64,000 bases of DNA from an uncultured Chloroflexia bacterium (lineage in GTDB: Bacteria; Chloroflexota; Chloroflexia; QHBQ01; JADMIH01): assembly GCA_963797095.1 (NCBI GenBank), contig CAWCNY010000002.1:1056001-1120000 (forward strand). The letters are read 5' to 3'. The notes under the pieces were generated by a model that was not told the DNA's origin, ran no database searches, and saw only the letters and a list, made by a program, of their open reading frames with translations. Position numbers and translations under genes: made by a program. The number at the start of each line of letters is the position of its first letter. Position 1 is the first letter of the stretch. Below are positions 46,716-56,157 of this stretch, piece by piece.

Positions 46716-47741
46716 ATGATGACAACATTGAGGCATGGAACAAGCATAGCGGCTCGCCGGTTGCTGGAAAGCGTGATCGAGCGTTTTGACGGCGTGCGCG
46801 TGCTGGTGGTGGGGGACCTGATCCTCGATAAATACACTGTCGGCAAGCCCACGCGCCTATCGCGGGAAGCGCCAATTCCCGTTCTCGAGTACCTGAGCGA
46901 GTATGCAGTGCCTGGGGGTGGCACCAACCCGGCCTGCACCGTGGCATCCCTGGGCGGAAAGGCTCACCTGGCAGGCGTGATCGGCAATGATGATGCGGGG
47001 GTGGAACTGAGGCGCGAGCTTGAGCAATACGGGGTGGATACCGAAGGGATCGTGGTAGATGCGTCGCGGCCTACTATTGCCAAGCGGCGGATCGTGGCGC
47101 GGGTCACCACCACCATGCTCCAGCAGGTAGCGCGGGTGGATCAGATCGACCGCAAGCCGGTCGATGGCGAGGTGGAGCGCGACCTGATCTCATCCATCGA
47201 AAAGCTGCTGCCGGAGTGCGACGCCGTGCTTCTCAGCAATTACAAGAGTGGCACGCTCACTCCGGGTGTGGTTGAGCGCGCCGGGAGCCTGGCAGCGCAA
47301 CTCGGCAAGCTCTCGACCGTTGACTCCCAGGGTGACCTGCAATACTTCAAGGGTTTCGGGATAGTCAAATGCAACCAGCCTGAGGCGGAAGAGGCTTTGC
47401 GCAGGCCGCTCAAGAGTGAAGAGGACTTTCGGCAGGGGATGATCGAATTGCTTGAGCAGCTGGATGCGCGGGCCGTAATCGTCACGCGGAGCGCCGAAGG
47501 GATGTCGGTCGTATCACGCGACGGTGGTTACTGCCATATCCCCGTCACGAATACCTCCGAGGTATTCGACGTGACCGGTGCGGGTGATACAGTGATCGCG
47601 CTGGTCACGCTGGCTGTAGCCGCCGGTGCTGACCTTTTCGACGCCGCTCGGCTCGCCAACTACGGCGCGGGGGTAGTGGTCCGCAAGTGGGGCAACGCGG
47701 TTTTGAAGCCGGACGAGTTGCGGGCGGCTTTGCACGAGTGA
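46716..47741 (+). CDS. PfkB-family RfaE/HldA-type heptose-7-phosphate kinase domain
   Basis: VLVVGDLILDKY, RLSREAPIPV, PGGGTN, RPTIAKRRI, VFDVTGAGDTV, AARLAN.GAG.VV.K.G. Confidence 0.88.
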   Translation: MMTTLRHGTSIAARRLLESVIERFDGVRVLVVGDLILDKYTVGKPTRLSREAPIPVLEYLSEYAVPGGGTNPACTVASLGGKAHLAGVIGNDDAGVELRRELEQYGVDTEGIVVDASRPTIAKRRIVARVTTTMLQQVARVDQIDRKPVDGEVERDLISSIEKLLPECDAVLLSNYKSGTLTPGVVERAGSLAAQLGKLSTVDSQGDLQYFKGFGIVKCNQPEAEEALRRPLKSEEDFRQGMIELLEQLDARAVIVTRSAEGMSVVSRDGGYCHIPVTNTSEVFDVTGAGDTVIALVTLAVAAGADLFDAARLANYGAGVVVRKWGNAVLKPDELRAALHE

Positions 47742-47797
47742 GACCCATTAATTCACCACATAGGGGTAGAGAGTGCGAAGGTTCGCAGAGAGCATCT

Positions 47798-49036
47798 ATG
47801 GGTTTTGATGGAGCTAGCCGCGTCGTGCGTGGGGCAAGCACTCCGCAAGCAAAACGCCCGCATACTTATCTACAGGGAGTTCTTCTCATTGCGCTCCTAT
47901 CCACTGTCGCTATTTTGCTGGCGGGATGCTCTGCGTCGGGTGCGTCCCTGTCAAATGTGACCGCTTCTGCTGACAAGATCGTGCCTGGGTCGGTGGGCAT
48001 CGGGAAGCCTCCCGGCGTGGTGCAGGTGAGCTACAGGCTGGGGAGCGATGCCTATGTTACCGCCACTCTTGAGGGGCCTCAAAGTGCTGTGCTCTTGCAG
48101 CGCGGTCAAAAGGCCGGCGATCACATTTTGCGTTTCAACGGCACCACAGCCACAAGCGACGACCAGGGCGAGTACCGTGTGGTGCGGTCCGTGGTGCCTC
48201 CTGGCGCTTACAGCATTACGATCGCAGCGGGCGCGGCCAGCGAGACCGTGCGCTTCTCTGTGGAGGCGGTAAATTCAGCCGTCCCCACTCTGGCGAACAT
48301 GACCCTCTATCCGCAGACGATCTCTCCCAACCAGGACGCCATAGAGGACGTGGCCGAGTTGACATTTCGGACTGATATGACCACCACCCTCTCCGCGAGC
48401 CTGGACAATGCACAGGGAGATAGCGCATTGGTACTTCCACCCACCAAAAAGGGGCCGGGGGAGCAGCGCGTGGTAATCGACGGCATGGACAGCGTGGGCG
48501 ATCCGCTGCCCGATGGGGTATACACTGCCACCATTCGCGCCGAGGACAATCTGGGGAACAGGATAGAGGCTAACAAACCCCTCACCATCGAGGCTGGGGG
48601 CGCGCCATCCATCGAGGTGGTGAGCGTGGACATCACGCCCCAGCAAATAATCGTGGGTGGCGAGATCAGCGTCACGATCAGGGTGAAGAACACGGGCAAC
48701 GTGCCTCTCAGGACGCAGGGGCCGGACCCCGGCTATGTGTACACCACAAACGATAGCTATTCCTCTATCGAGTATGGTAAGTGGATCGACAGGGCGGGGC
48801 TGTGGCGCGTGGGCGTCGACTGGGACGGCAACAGTGGCGGAGGTGCACCCTATCGCTATCCTTTTCGGTGGGGATTCGGGCAGACCCTCCAACCCGGCCA
48901 GGAAGCGATCACCGGCGGCAAGATACGCATCCTGAAGCAGGAGCGCACCATGTGGTTCTACGCAGGTGTGCTACAAGAAGGAGTGCGGATCGTGCTCGAC
49001 CACCTGGCGCGCACGCGTATCGGCGTCGATTTCTAA
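47798..49036 (+). CDS. Lipoprotein with FlgD-like/Ig domains
   Basis: Lipobox LLAGC; ISPNQDAIED, LPDGVYT, V.VKNTGN. Start could be GTG 47738. Confidence 0.7.
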   Translation: MGFDGASRVVRGASTPQAKRPHTYLQGVLLIALLSTVAILLAGCSASGASLSNVTASADKIVPGSVGIGKPPGVVQVSYRLGSDAYVTATLEGPQSAVLLQRGQKAGDHILRFNGTTATSDDQGEYRVVRSVVPPGAYSITIAAGAASETVRFSVEAVNSAVPTLANMTLYPQTISPNQDAIEDVAELTFRTDMTTTLSASLDNAQGDSALVLPPTKKGPGEQRVVIDGMDSVGDPLPDGVYTATIRAEDNLGNRIEANKPLTIEAGGAPSIEVVSVDITPQQIIVGGEISVTIRVKNTGNVPLRTQGPDPGYVYTTNDSYSSIEYGKWIDRAGLWRVGVDWDGNSGGGAPYRYPFRWGFGQTLQPGQEAITGGKIRILKQERTMWFYAGVLQEGVRIVLDHLARTRIGVDF

Positions 49037-49253
49037 TTCCAGGGCAGTCCTCCCACAATTTAATCCCGTAACTCAAGATGTACCTCACCGCAGTGATCTG
49101 GTATGATGGGGACCATGAAGGTGGCCATGAAGGTGGCGCGCTTTGTGCCCTATCCTTGCAGCGTATTTCCCTGGAGACCTCTCTTGTGAGCGGATGGTGG
49201 CTTATGTCTATCGCCGGTCCCGTAATCTCGACCCCGGCGGAAAGGAAAGTGTC

Positions 49254-51329
49254 GTGAAAAGAGGCTTGAAGAAAAGGAAGACCTTTCTACCACTGGGTAT
49301 CAAAGTGCTGCTCATGCTGATCGCGCCTGTGGTGGCGTTCGGGCTTTTCGGGGGTAATACCAGTGTCATAAAAGCCGCCGGCAATTCGGTGCTTATCAAG
49401 GACTACATGTTCCACGGCACTGACGGCACTACCATCAGGATCGCGGTTGGCGATACAGTGAAATGGACCAATCAGGACCAAGAATCGCATGATGTAGCGA
49501 TCCTTGAAGGGCCTGAGTTGAACGTATCGCCTGAGATCAAGCCGGGGCAAACATGGAGCATGACCTTCACCGAACCCGGCAAATACCACTACTACTGTGA
49601 GTTCCACCCGGCTATGGTGGGCGACGTGATCGTGGGCGACTCCGAGTCCACCGAACCTGCCAACAGGGAATTCCAGACCTTCGCCGAAACGGGCAAAACA
49701 GTACGCGGCAATTTCCTCCAGTACTGGAACGCGCACGGCGGGTTGCCTCAGCAGGGCTTCCCGATTTCTGAGGAGATGCAAGAGAAGTCGGAGACCGATG
49801 GCAAGATTTACACCGTTCAGTACTTCGAGCGGGCCGTGTTCGAGATGCACCCTGAGAACGCACCTCCCAATGACGTGCTCTTGAGCCTGCTTGGCAACTT
49901 CCTCTACAAGCAGAAGTACCCGGACGGCGCGCCGGGCCAGCAGTCTAACACCTCCGCAGGCTCGATCCTGTTCAATGAGACAGGCAAGCGCGTGGGCGGG
50001 CGATTCCTGGAATACTGGCAGCAGAATGGTGGCCTGGCACAGCAGGGCTTCCCTATCTCCGATGAATTTATGGAGAAGAGCGACCTGGATGGCAAGACAT
50101 ATCACGTTCAATACTTCGAGCGAGCGGTGTTTGAGATGCACCCTGAGAACAAGCCGCCCTATGATGTGCTCCTCTCGCAGTTAGGCAAGTTCAGGTACGA
50201 CAAGGTGTTCCAACTCACGCCGCCCGACGCCAATGGTATACAGGTGATCGGCATGTCGTCGGGGCCCGACCACTACCCCCTGCTTGCGGGGCCGCATGCC
50301 GCGCCCGGCCTCAACGTATGGATCTACGAGAACGACCCTAAGCCTGTGGTCGGCTGGCTGCAAGACCTGGGCGTGAAGTACGCGGTGCACCAGCTGTCGT
50401 GGTACCAGATCGAGAACAAGAAGGGCGAGTACAAGTGGGACATACTCGATGGGGCGGTCAATGCGTTGGCGAAGGCAGGCATCAAGGTGATTCTGCATCC
50501 GGTGCACACCCCTCCCTGGCTGCTCGACTCGCAAGGTCAGATGCGTGACCCCTCGGAGTTCGAGAAGTTCATGAAAATCGTCGCCGAGCGCTATAAAGGC
50601 AAGGTGATAGGCTATCAGATATGGAATGAGGCCAACCTTGCCCGCGAAGTAGGTACCTATGTGATCTCAGCCCGCTACGCCGAGATCTTGAAAGCGGGCT
50701 ACAGAGGCGTAAAAGCCGCCGATCCGCACGCCGTTGTGATCTCGGCTGCCCTTACCCCTACTGGTGTGAACAACCCGGAGGTCGCGGTGGACGATGTGAC
50801 ATTCCTGCGCAGGCTGTACGCTTATAACGGTGGCGAACTGAAGGGTTACTTCGATGTGCTGGGCGCGCACCCAGGCTCCAACGCCAACCCACCCGACAAG
50901 ATGTATCCCGATGATCCGGGGCCTGGGCCGGGCTGGACCGATCACCCTAGCTTCTACTTCCGCAGGATAGAGCAGCTAAGAGGTGTGATGCTTGAGAACG
51001 GCGATGGACAAAAACAGATGTGGCTCACCGAGTTCGGATGGGCCAGCAGCGACAACCCAGCGCCAGGCTACGAATACGCCGCCCAGAACTCGGAAGAGGA
51101 GCAAGCGCAGTACATAGGGCAGGCGTTCCGGATGGGCCGCGATAACTATCCCTGGATGGGGCCGATGCTTCTATTCCAACTCAACATGGCAACCCCTAAC
51201 ATTTCAACCGACCCCGGCGACGAGCGGATCGCCTGGGGCATAATCAGGAGGGATGGTAGCGAGAGGCCGTCATACGACGCGGTGAAGAAATACGCCACCG
51301 AATGGAACAGCGCCAACTCTAAAAGATAG
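49254..51329 (+). CDS. Secreted cupredoxin + two FxETG/QYFER repeats + clan GH-A glycoside hydrolase
   Basis: Type-1 Cu ligands SHDV...YYCEFHPAM; repeats; WNEAN acid/base and WLTEFGW nucleophile motifs. Confidence 0.85.
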   Translation: MKRGLKKRKTFLPLGIKVLLMLIAPVVAFGLFGGNTSVIKAAGNSVLIKDYMFHGTDGTTIRIAVGDTVKWTNQDQESHDVAILEGPELNVSPEIKPGQTWSMTFTEPGKYHYYCEFHPAMVGDVIVGDSESTEPANREFQTFAETGKTVRGNFLQYWNAHGGLPQQGFPISEEMQEKSETDGKIYTVQYFERAVFEMHPENAPPNDVLLSLLGNFLYKQKYPDGAPGQQSNTSAGSILFNETGKRVGGRFLEYWQQNGGLAQQGFPISDEFMEKSDLDGKTYHVQYFERAVFEMHPENKPPYDVLLSQLGKFRYDKVFQLTPPDANGIQVIGMSSGPDHYPLLAGPHAAPGLNVWIYENDPKPVVGWLQDLGVKYAVHQLSWYQIENKKGEYKWDILDGAVNALAKAGIKVILHPVHTPPWLLDSQGQMRDPSEFEKFMKIVAERYKGKVIGYQIWNEANLAREVGTYVISARYAEILKAGYRGVKAADPHAVVISAALTPTGVNNPEVAVDDVTFLRRLYAYNGGELKGYFDVLGAHPGSNANPPDKMYPDDPGPGPGWTDHPSFYFRRIEQLRGVMLENGDGQKQMWLTEFGWASSDNPAPGYEYAAQNSEEEQAQYIGQAFRMGRDNYPWMGPMLLFQLNMATPNISTDPGDERIAWGIIRRDGSERPSYDAVKKYATEWNSANSKR

Positions 51330-51358
51330 GTCACTTGCCAGCAGCGCCGGTTGCATCA

Positions 51359-51449
51359 AAGTCCCGTAGGGACGCAAGAGAGTAGCCCAGGGCGTAAGCC
51401 CTGCGGATCGCGTGCCCCTAAGCAGAAGTCCCGTAGGGACGTAAGAGCA
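51359..51449. repeat. REP-like palindrome doublet
   Basis: aagtcccgtagggacgYaagag at 51359-80 and 51426-47; related agtcccttcgggact at 23314-28. Confidence 0.75.
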
Positions 51450-51524
51450 TTGCATCAGTGGAGCGCAGAAGTAGCACTCTTCAAGGACGACTGGAATTAC
51501 CAGGTGCTGTAAAATCGTATGGTG

Positions 51525-53399
51525 TCAATATTGGGCGGGCACGCCCTTCATCAAGCTCTTGCCATCCGCACCAAGCACTTCTATCTCCAACACCTGCCCG
51601 CTGATATGAACTGAGGCGGGCTTGTCGGGATAAGCATCGAAGGGATACGTTGTAGAGCCTGATGGGCCCCGCACCACCAGCGATGCTCTCTCGATCCGGC
51701 GCACGGGAAGTATGTGCACAGTATCGCCCTCCACGCTCACCGTCCCCCAGGCGTTGGCGAGGCTCACGCCCCCTGTGCGGGCTACGGGCTGCCAGCGTTC
51801 GGTCCACCCCAGCGCGCTGTTGGGCGGAAACGTGGCGTAGTCCCAGAAGGTAGGCGTAATCCCGCCCCACAATTCGGCGTATGACGACCCGTCGTCGGTG
51901 TAGACGCTCGGGTTGACGTCAGGCCCCCACCCGAAGAACTTGAGGCCGAGCATCTCCTTATTGGAGAAGGTCTTGACCAACCCCTCGTCGCTGTTGGGGT
52001 CGTACACAGCTGCGAACTCGCCTCGATTGGCATCCGGCAGCGCGAATCCCCCCAGCCAGCCGCCCCAGGTCGAGCTATCGGCCAGGTTGCGCCCGCTGTA
52101 CTTCGGCCACGAGATAACGCCATGCTCTGCCGGAAGACCTGGATCGTGGGTGCTATGCACCACCATCTGGTTAGTTGGCAGTACCCAGCGCAGATTGGAT
52201 GCAACAGTGTTTGTGCCGCCGGGGGCCACCATGGCGTTCGTCCATAGCTGTCCATTCTGCTGTGTGCCTGTGAAGTTTTCCATACGGGCTGAGATGGTGT
52301 AAGCTGCCTCTTCCGGGCTGAGAGTGACGGCGGTAGTGACCTTCATCCCCGTGAGCTTGTCCATCGCCGACAGGGTAACGGTTGCCCCTGCGTCGCTGTT
52401 GCGGGTTATTTGTGCGTCCCACGGCAGATATTCCATCAACCCATGTTCCTCGGTCGGCGCGGCCCACTCGGTGCCCCCAGCGCCAAGCCACCAACCTTTC
52501 TCCGAGAAGGGCGCTGGCTTGATCACCGAGTTTCGATATAGCTCGTCATGGCCTGTCGGCTTGTAGATCGCTTCGTACAATCTGCCTCCTAACTGTGGCA
52601 GGATCGTCAGCTTGATAAAGCGATTTTCCAGGGCGATCAAGCGGTAGGTGCGCAGCGCGGGCGGACCCACCTTGTCGGGGTCAACAAGTGGGTAGGGAGC
52701 TACAGGATCTTCCCCAGGCGTATAAAATGCCTGCTCGTAGGCATAGACCGGGAGTGTGATGGCGGTTTCCGTCACCTTCACACGCTGGTTCAGCATATCG
52801 CGCCCCAGGAGGCCAAGTTGCACCTCATAGTCGGTGCCGCTGTCTTCGGGGTGTAGCTCGAAGCGGTTGCGCTGAAAATACTGCACGGTGAAGCCACCCT
52901 CGGTGAACGGCTCGGAGATCGGGTAGCCGAAAAGGGCGAGGCCGCCATTACGGTTCCAGTAGTCAAGGAACTTGCCGGAGAGGGTATGGCTCGTTTCGGG
53001 GAAGTAGATACGTGTGGGCGTGTTTGATGCGATATCGGTGGAGGCGGTCGGGAACTGCCTGCCCGCCGTCTCGATAGAGCCGAGCAGGCCAAGCTGCACC
53101 TCATAACCTGTGCCCGCGTTCTCTGGGTGGTATTCGATGCGGGCGCGCTCCAGATACTGCACCTTGAATCCACCCTCGGTTTCAGGGTCGGTCAGTGGGT
53201 AGCCGAAAAGGGCGAGGCCGCCGTGCGAGTCGAAGAAGGTAATGAATTCGGGGGCCAGCGTTTTCCCGGTCTCAGGGTAGAAGCGACCCGCCTGGGCCAG
53301 GGTGATTTGTTGGGATGATGAGAGGGGCGCAAACATAAGAAGAAGCGCCGCGCCGAAAGCGACCAGAGAGATTGTGCGGTGTTTACTGCCGGTTTTCAA
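51525..53399 (-). CDS. Secreted protein with two FxETG/QYFER repeats and a DUF5107-like domain
   Basis: Signal peptide; LENRFIKLTILPQLGGRLY, ELYRNSVIKP, GGTEW, YAELWGG. Confidence 0.8.
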   Translation of the reverse strand: MKTGSKHRTISLVAFGAALLLMFAPLSSSQQITLAQAGRFYPETGKTLAPEFITFFDSHGGLALFGYPLTDPETEGGFKVQYLERARIEYHPENAGTGYEVQLGLLGSIETAGRQFPTASTDIASNTPTRIYFPETSHTLSGKFLDYWNRNGGLALFGYPISEPFTEGGFTVQYFQRNRFELHPEDSGTDYEVQLGLLGRDMLNQRVKVTETAITLPVYAYEQAFYTPGEDPVAPYPLVDPDKVGPPALRTYRLIALENRFIKLTILPQLGGRLYEAIYKPTGHDELYRNSVIKPAPFSEKGWWLGAGGTEWAAPTEEHGLMEYLPWDAQITRNSDAGATVTLSAMDKLTGMKVTTAVTLSPEEAAYTISARMENFTGTQQNGQLWTNAMVAPGGTNTVASNLRWVLPTNQMVVHSTHDPGLPAEHGVISWPKYSGRNLADSSTWGGWLGGFALPDANRGEFAAVYDPNSDEGLVKTFSNKEMLGLKFFGWGPDVNPSVYTDDGSSYAELWGGITPTFWDYATFPPNSALGWTERWQPVARTGGVSLANAWGTVSVEGDTVHILPVRRIERASLVVRGPSGSTTYPFDAYPDKPASVHISGQVLEIEVLGADGKSLMKGVPAQY

Positions 53400-53434
53400 A
53401 TCGTGTTTAGCCTCGACCTTCTATACTTTTCGCC

Positions 53435-53463
53435 AAAAAGAAGGGCGGACCCCTGTCCGCCCT
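53435..53463 (-). terminator. Probable intrinsic terminator downstream of the epimerase gene
   Basis: Minus strand agggcggac-aggg-gtccgccct followed by tcttttt. Confidence 0.6.
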
Positions 53464-53555
53464 AGCATACCATAGGTGTGCGCTTTCGCCTGTTGGTTGC
53501 ACATCCGGTGTCTGATATTAAAACGAGCTTGTGATGGCGTGGTTGCAGGGCGACG

Positions 53556-54524
53556 CTATCCTGACCCCCAATCCTTATTCCACTGAACTGCTCGGGGAAT
53601 ACCCTCTTCCAGCGGCACTTTAGGTTCGTAGCCGAGGAGTTGGTTGGCCCTGGTGATGTCGGCTATATAGCGGGTCACTTCGCCTATTTGCGTGGGGGCA
53701 ATGGTGACCTGGGGTTGCTTATCGAGCGATTGGGCTACGAGGTGGGCCATCTTGACCAGGGAGTTGCCTTTGCCGTAGGCCAGGTTGATCGTCTGGTTCT
53801 CCACTAGTCCTTCGTGTAGGGCGTGGATGCCTGCGATGATGCCGGAGATGCAATCGTCTACGTATGTGAAATCGAGGACCTTGTTCTCTCCATAAATAGT
53901 GATAGGCTGGTCGTTGGCGATGCGTCGGATAAAGAGAGGAATAACGCGCTCCATCCGCTCTATATCGTTGTCGTAACGACCGTAGACATTGGAGAAGCGG
54001 AACACGATGTATTTCAAACCGTAGCAGCGGGCGTAAGAGTAGATGAGAGCTTCGCCCGCGATCTTGGAGGCAGAGTAAGGTGACTCCGTATAGGCAAAGT
54101 GGGCCGTGCTCTCACCCATCGTTTCAGGGCGGGCACCTTCGTCCTCGATATAGCGGTGGATGTCGCCGTACACCTCACGACTGCTGGAAAAGATGATGGG
54201 GAGGTGGGCCAACCGGCAGAATTCGAGCACGTTATAAGTGATGGTGATATTCTGCATGGCGCGGTGGGGCTGCCGCACCAGCTCATGCACCTTAGCGTGA
54301 GCGGCCAGGTGCACCACCAGATCGACCTGCGGGTACTCAACGCCCCCTATCCCCCGCTCATCTGCAGGGTAAAAGCTGGAGAGATCCTGCAAGAGATAGG
54401 GGAAGCGGTCGGTCCAGGTGTTGATCCGCTTGTCCACGCCGAACACGAAGTGGCCTTCGTCAAGTAGGCGGAGGGCAAGGTTGGTGCCGATCTGGCCTGA
54501 GGAGCCGGTGATTAGGATACGCAT
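53556..54524 (-). CDS. NAD-dependent nucleotide-sugar epimerase/dehydratase (extended SDR)
   Basis: ILITGSSGQIG, VVHLAA, SSREVYG, PYSASK, RFSNVYG, DFTYVDD. Confidence 0.92.
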   Translation of the reverse strand: MRILITGSSGQIGTNLALRLLDEGHFVFGVDKRINTWTDRFPYLLQDLSSFYPADERGIGGVEYPQVDLVVHLAAHAKVHELVRQPHRAMQNITITYNVLEFCRLAHLPIIFSSSREVYGDIHRYIEDEGARPETMGESTAHFAYTESPYSASKIAGEALIYSYARCYGLKYIVFRFSNVYGRYDNDIERMERVIPLFIRRIANDQPITIYGENKVLDFTYVDDCISGIIAGIHALHEGLVENQTINLAYGKGNSLVKMAHLVAQSLDKQPQVTIAPTQIGEVTRYIADITRANQLLGYEPKVPLEEGIPRAVQWNKDWGSG

Positions 54525-54557
54525 TGGTGCTTGGTGTGCCGAGTCAAGATCGATTTC

Positions 54558-54902
54558 TTAGTCGTTGGTTCCCAATTCCTCTAAGATAACTGAAATGGAT
54601 TGCTTGAGTGGTGGCAGATCCTTGTGCGTGATTTCCCAGACAGCATTTAGATCGACGCCCATATAGTCGTGTACCAGCACATCGCCTAAGCCGGCAATCC
54701 GTCGCCAGGGCACAGCTATATATTCAGATCGCAAGTCTTCTGATAATCGCTTGGTTGCTTCACCAATGATCTCAAGTTGTCGGATTATAGCATCTTGCCA
54801 ATGCGATTGCTCCATGAAAGCTTCTTTTCCGACGGCTGCATATAGCTCGATCTTTTCAATCGCATCTCGGATATGTTGCAGATAGAGCGCGTCGCCTATC
54901 AC
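54558..54902 (-). CDS. HepT-like (DUF86/HEPN) toxin with altered catalytic motif
   Basis: DAIIRQLEIIGEATKRLS, PWRRIAGLGDVLVHDYMGVD..VWE. Confidence 0.88.
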   Translation of the reverse strand: MIGDALYLQHIRDAIEKIELYAAVGKEAFMEQSHWQDAIIRQLEIIGEATKRLSEDLRSEYIAVPWRRIAGLGDVLVHDYMGVDLNAVWEITHKDLPPLKQSISVILEELGTND

Positions 54903-55189
54903 AAATTTGTTGCTTCTTGAAGCACTTGCTCACGTATATATGGGCTTAGGGCTGCTTCCGTTACCACATCTACCTCGCATTTGAGCAGATCCTCGAGGTC
55001 CTGCTTGATTGCTGTCAGATCAAGCAGGCTGTAACCTGGTTCAAGACGGACAAGTAGGTCAAGGTCACTTTCAGGCCCAGCTTCGCCACGTGCCACCGAG
55101 CCAAAGACGCGCACATCTTTGGCGCCATGTTCCGACGCAATTCGCAATATATCCCGTCGTTTGCTTCGAATATCATAAGCTGTGTTCAT
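54899..55189 (-). CDS. MntA-like minimal nucleotidyltransferase antitoxin
   Basis: VRVFGSVARGEAGPESDLDLLV (GSx10DxD); 4-nt overlaps with both neighbours. Confidence 0.9.
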   Translation of the reverse strand: MNTAYDIRSKRRDILRIASEHGAKDVRVFGSVARGEAGPESDLDLLVRLEPGYSLLDLTAIKQDLEDLLKCEVDVVTEAALSPYIREQVLQEATNL

Positions 55190-56157
55190 ATCCGTTTACC
55201 TTCTATTTCGTCCAATACCGCCTGTAGTTCTGATGGCAACTCACTAACGAACTCCCTCCATTCACCCGTCGATGGTAGTGTAAACCCTAGCTTGTGGGCG
55301 TGCAAGAACTGGCGGGTGATGCCGAGCGCAACTGCTTCCTTAAGAGTACGCTTGCCGTATACAGGATCGCCAAGGACCGGGTGGCCAATTGAAGCCATAT
55401 GCACCCTGATCTGGTGTGTGCGTCCTGTTTCCAATCGGACCTTCAGAAGCGAGTAGGGACCGAGGTCGCGCTCGACAGTGTAGCGTGTGCGGGCCGCCCG
55501 GCCCCCTTGCACAACGGCCATCCGCTGGCGGTCGCGTGGGTCGCGTGCAATTGGCGCGTCGATAATGCCGGTCGAAGGTTTCGGGTGGCCCAACACAACG
55601 GCTATGTACTCCTTGAGCACGGCTCGCGATGCCATCTGCCGTGCCAGCGCGTCGTGGGCCGCTCGCCGCTTGGCGACTACGATCAGCCCGCTGGTGTCCT
55701 TATCCAGTCGATGGACTATACCCGGCCTTGCATCATCGCCCATATCAAGCTCGATCCCTGGCACATGGGCCAGCAGGGCATTGACAAGCGTGCCTCCCGA
55801 ATGGCCAGGCGCGGGGTGTACTACCATGCCTGCGGGCTTGTCGATCACCAGCAGGTCGGCATCTTCATAAACTATCTTGAGGGGGATTGCTTCAGCTTGC
55901 AGGCCGCTAGGCTGCGGCGCGGGGATCTCTACCGAGATAGAATCGCCTGCCTTCACCTTACGGGCAGGTTTGGTGACAGCAGCGCCGTTAATCGAAACGT
56001 GTCCGCCTTCGATCAACTGCGCGGCATAGGAGCGCGAAAGATCGGGCAGGAAAGTCGCGAGGGCACGGTCGAGGCGGTCGCCCGCCTGAGAGGGGTCAAC
56101 CGGCCACGTGTGTATTGTTGGAGGTTGAGGTGTTTGGGGGAGTTGTGGGTTGGTCAT
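55186..56157 (-). CDS. rluD: RluA/RluD-family pseudouridine synthase with S4 domain
   Basis: RLDRALA..SRS, IDKPAGMVVHP, GIVHRLDKDTSG, GRTHQIRVH, LGDPVYG, QFLHA. Confidence 0.9.
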   Translation of the reverse strand: MTNPQLPQTPQPPTIHTWPVDPSQAGDRLDRALATFLPDLSRSYAAQLIEGGHVSINGAAVTKPARKVKAGDSISVEIPAPQPSGLQAEAIPLKIVYEDADLLVIDKPAGMVVHPAPGHSGGTLVNALLAHVPGIELDMGDDARPGIVHRLDKDTSGLIVVAKRRAAHDALARQMASRAVLKEYIAVVLGHPKPSTGIIDAPIARDPRDRQRMAVVQGGRAARTRYTVERDLGPYSLLKVRLETGRTHQIRVHMASIGHPVLGDPVYGKRTLKEAVALGITRQFLHAHKLGFTLPSTGEWREFVSELPSELQAVLDEIEGKRI

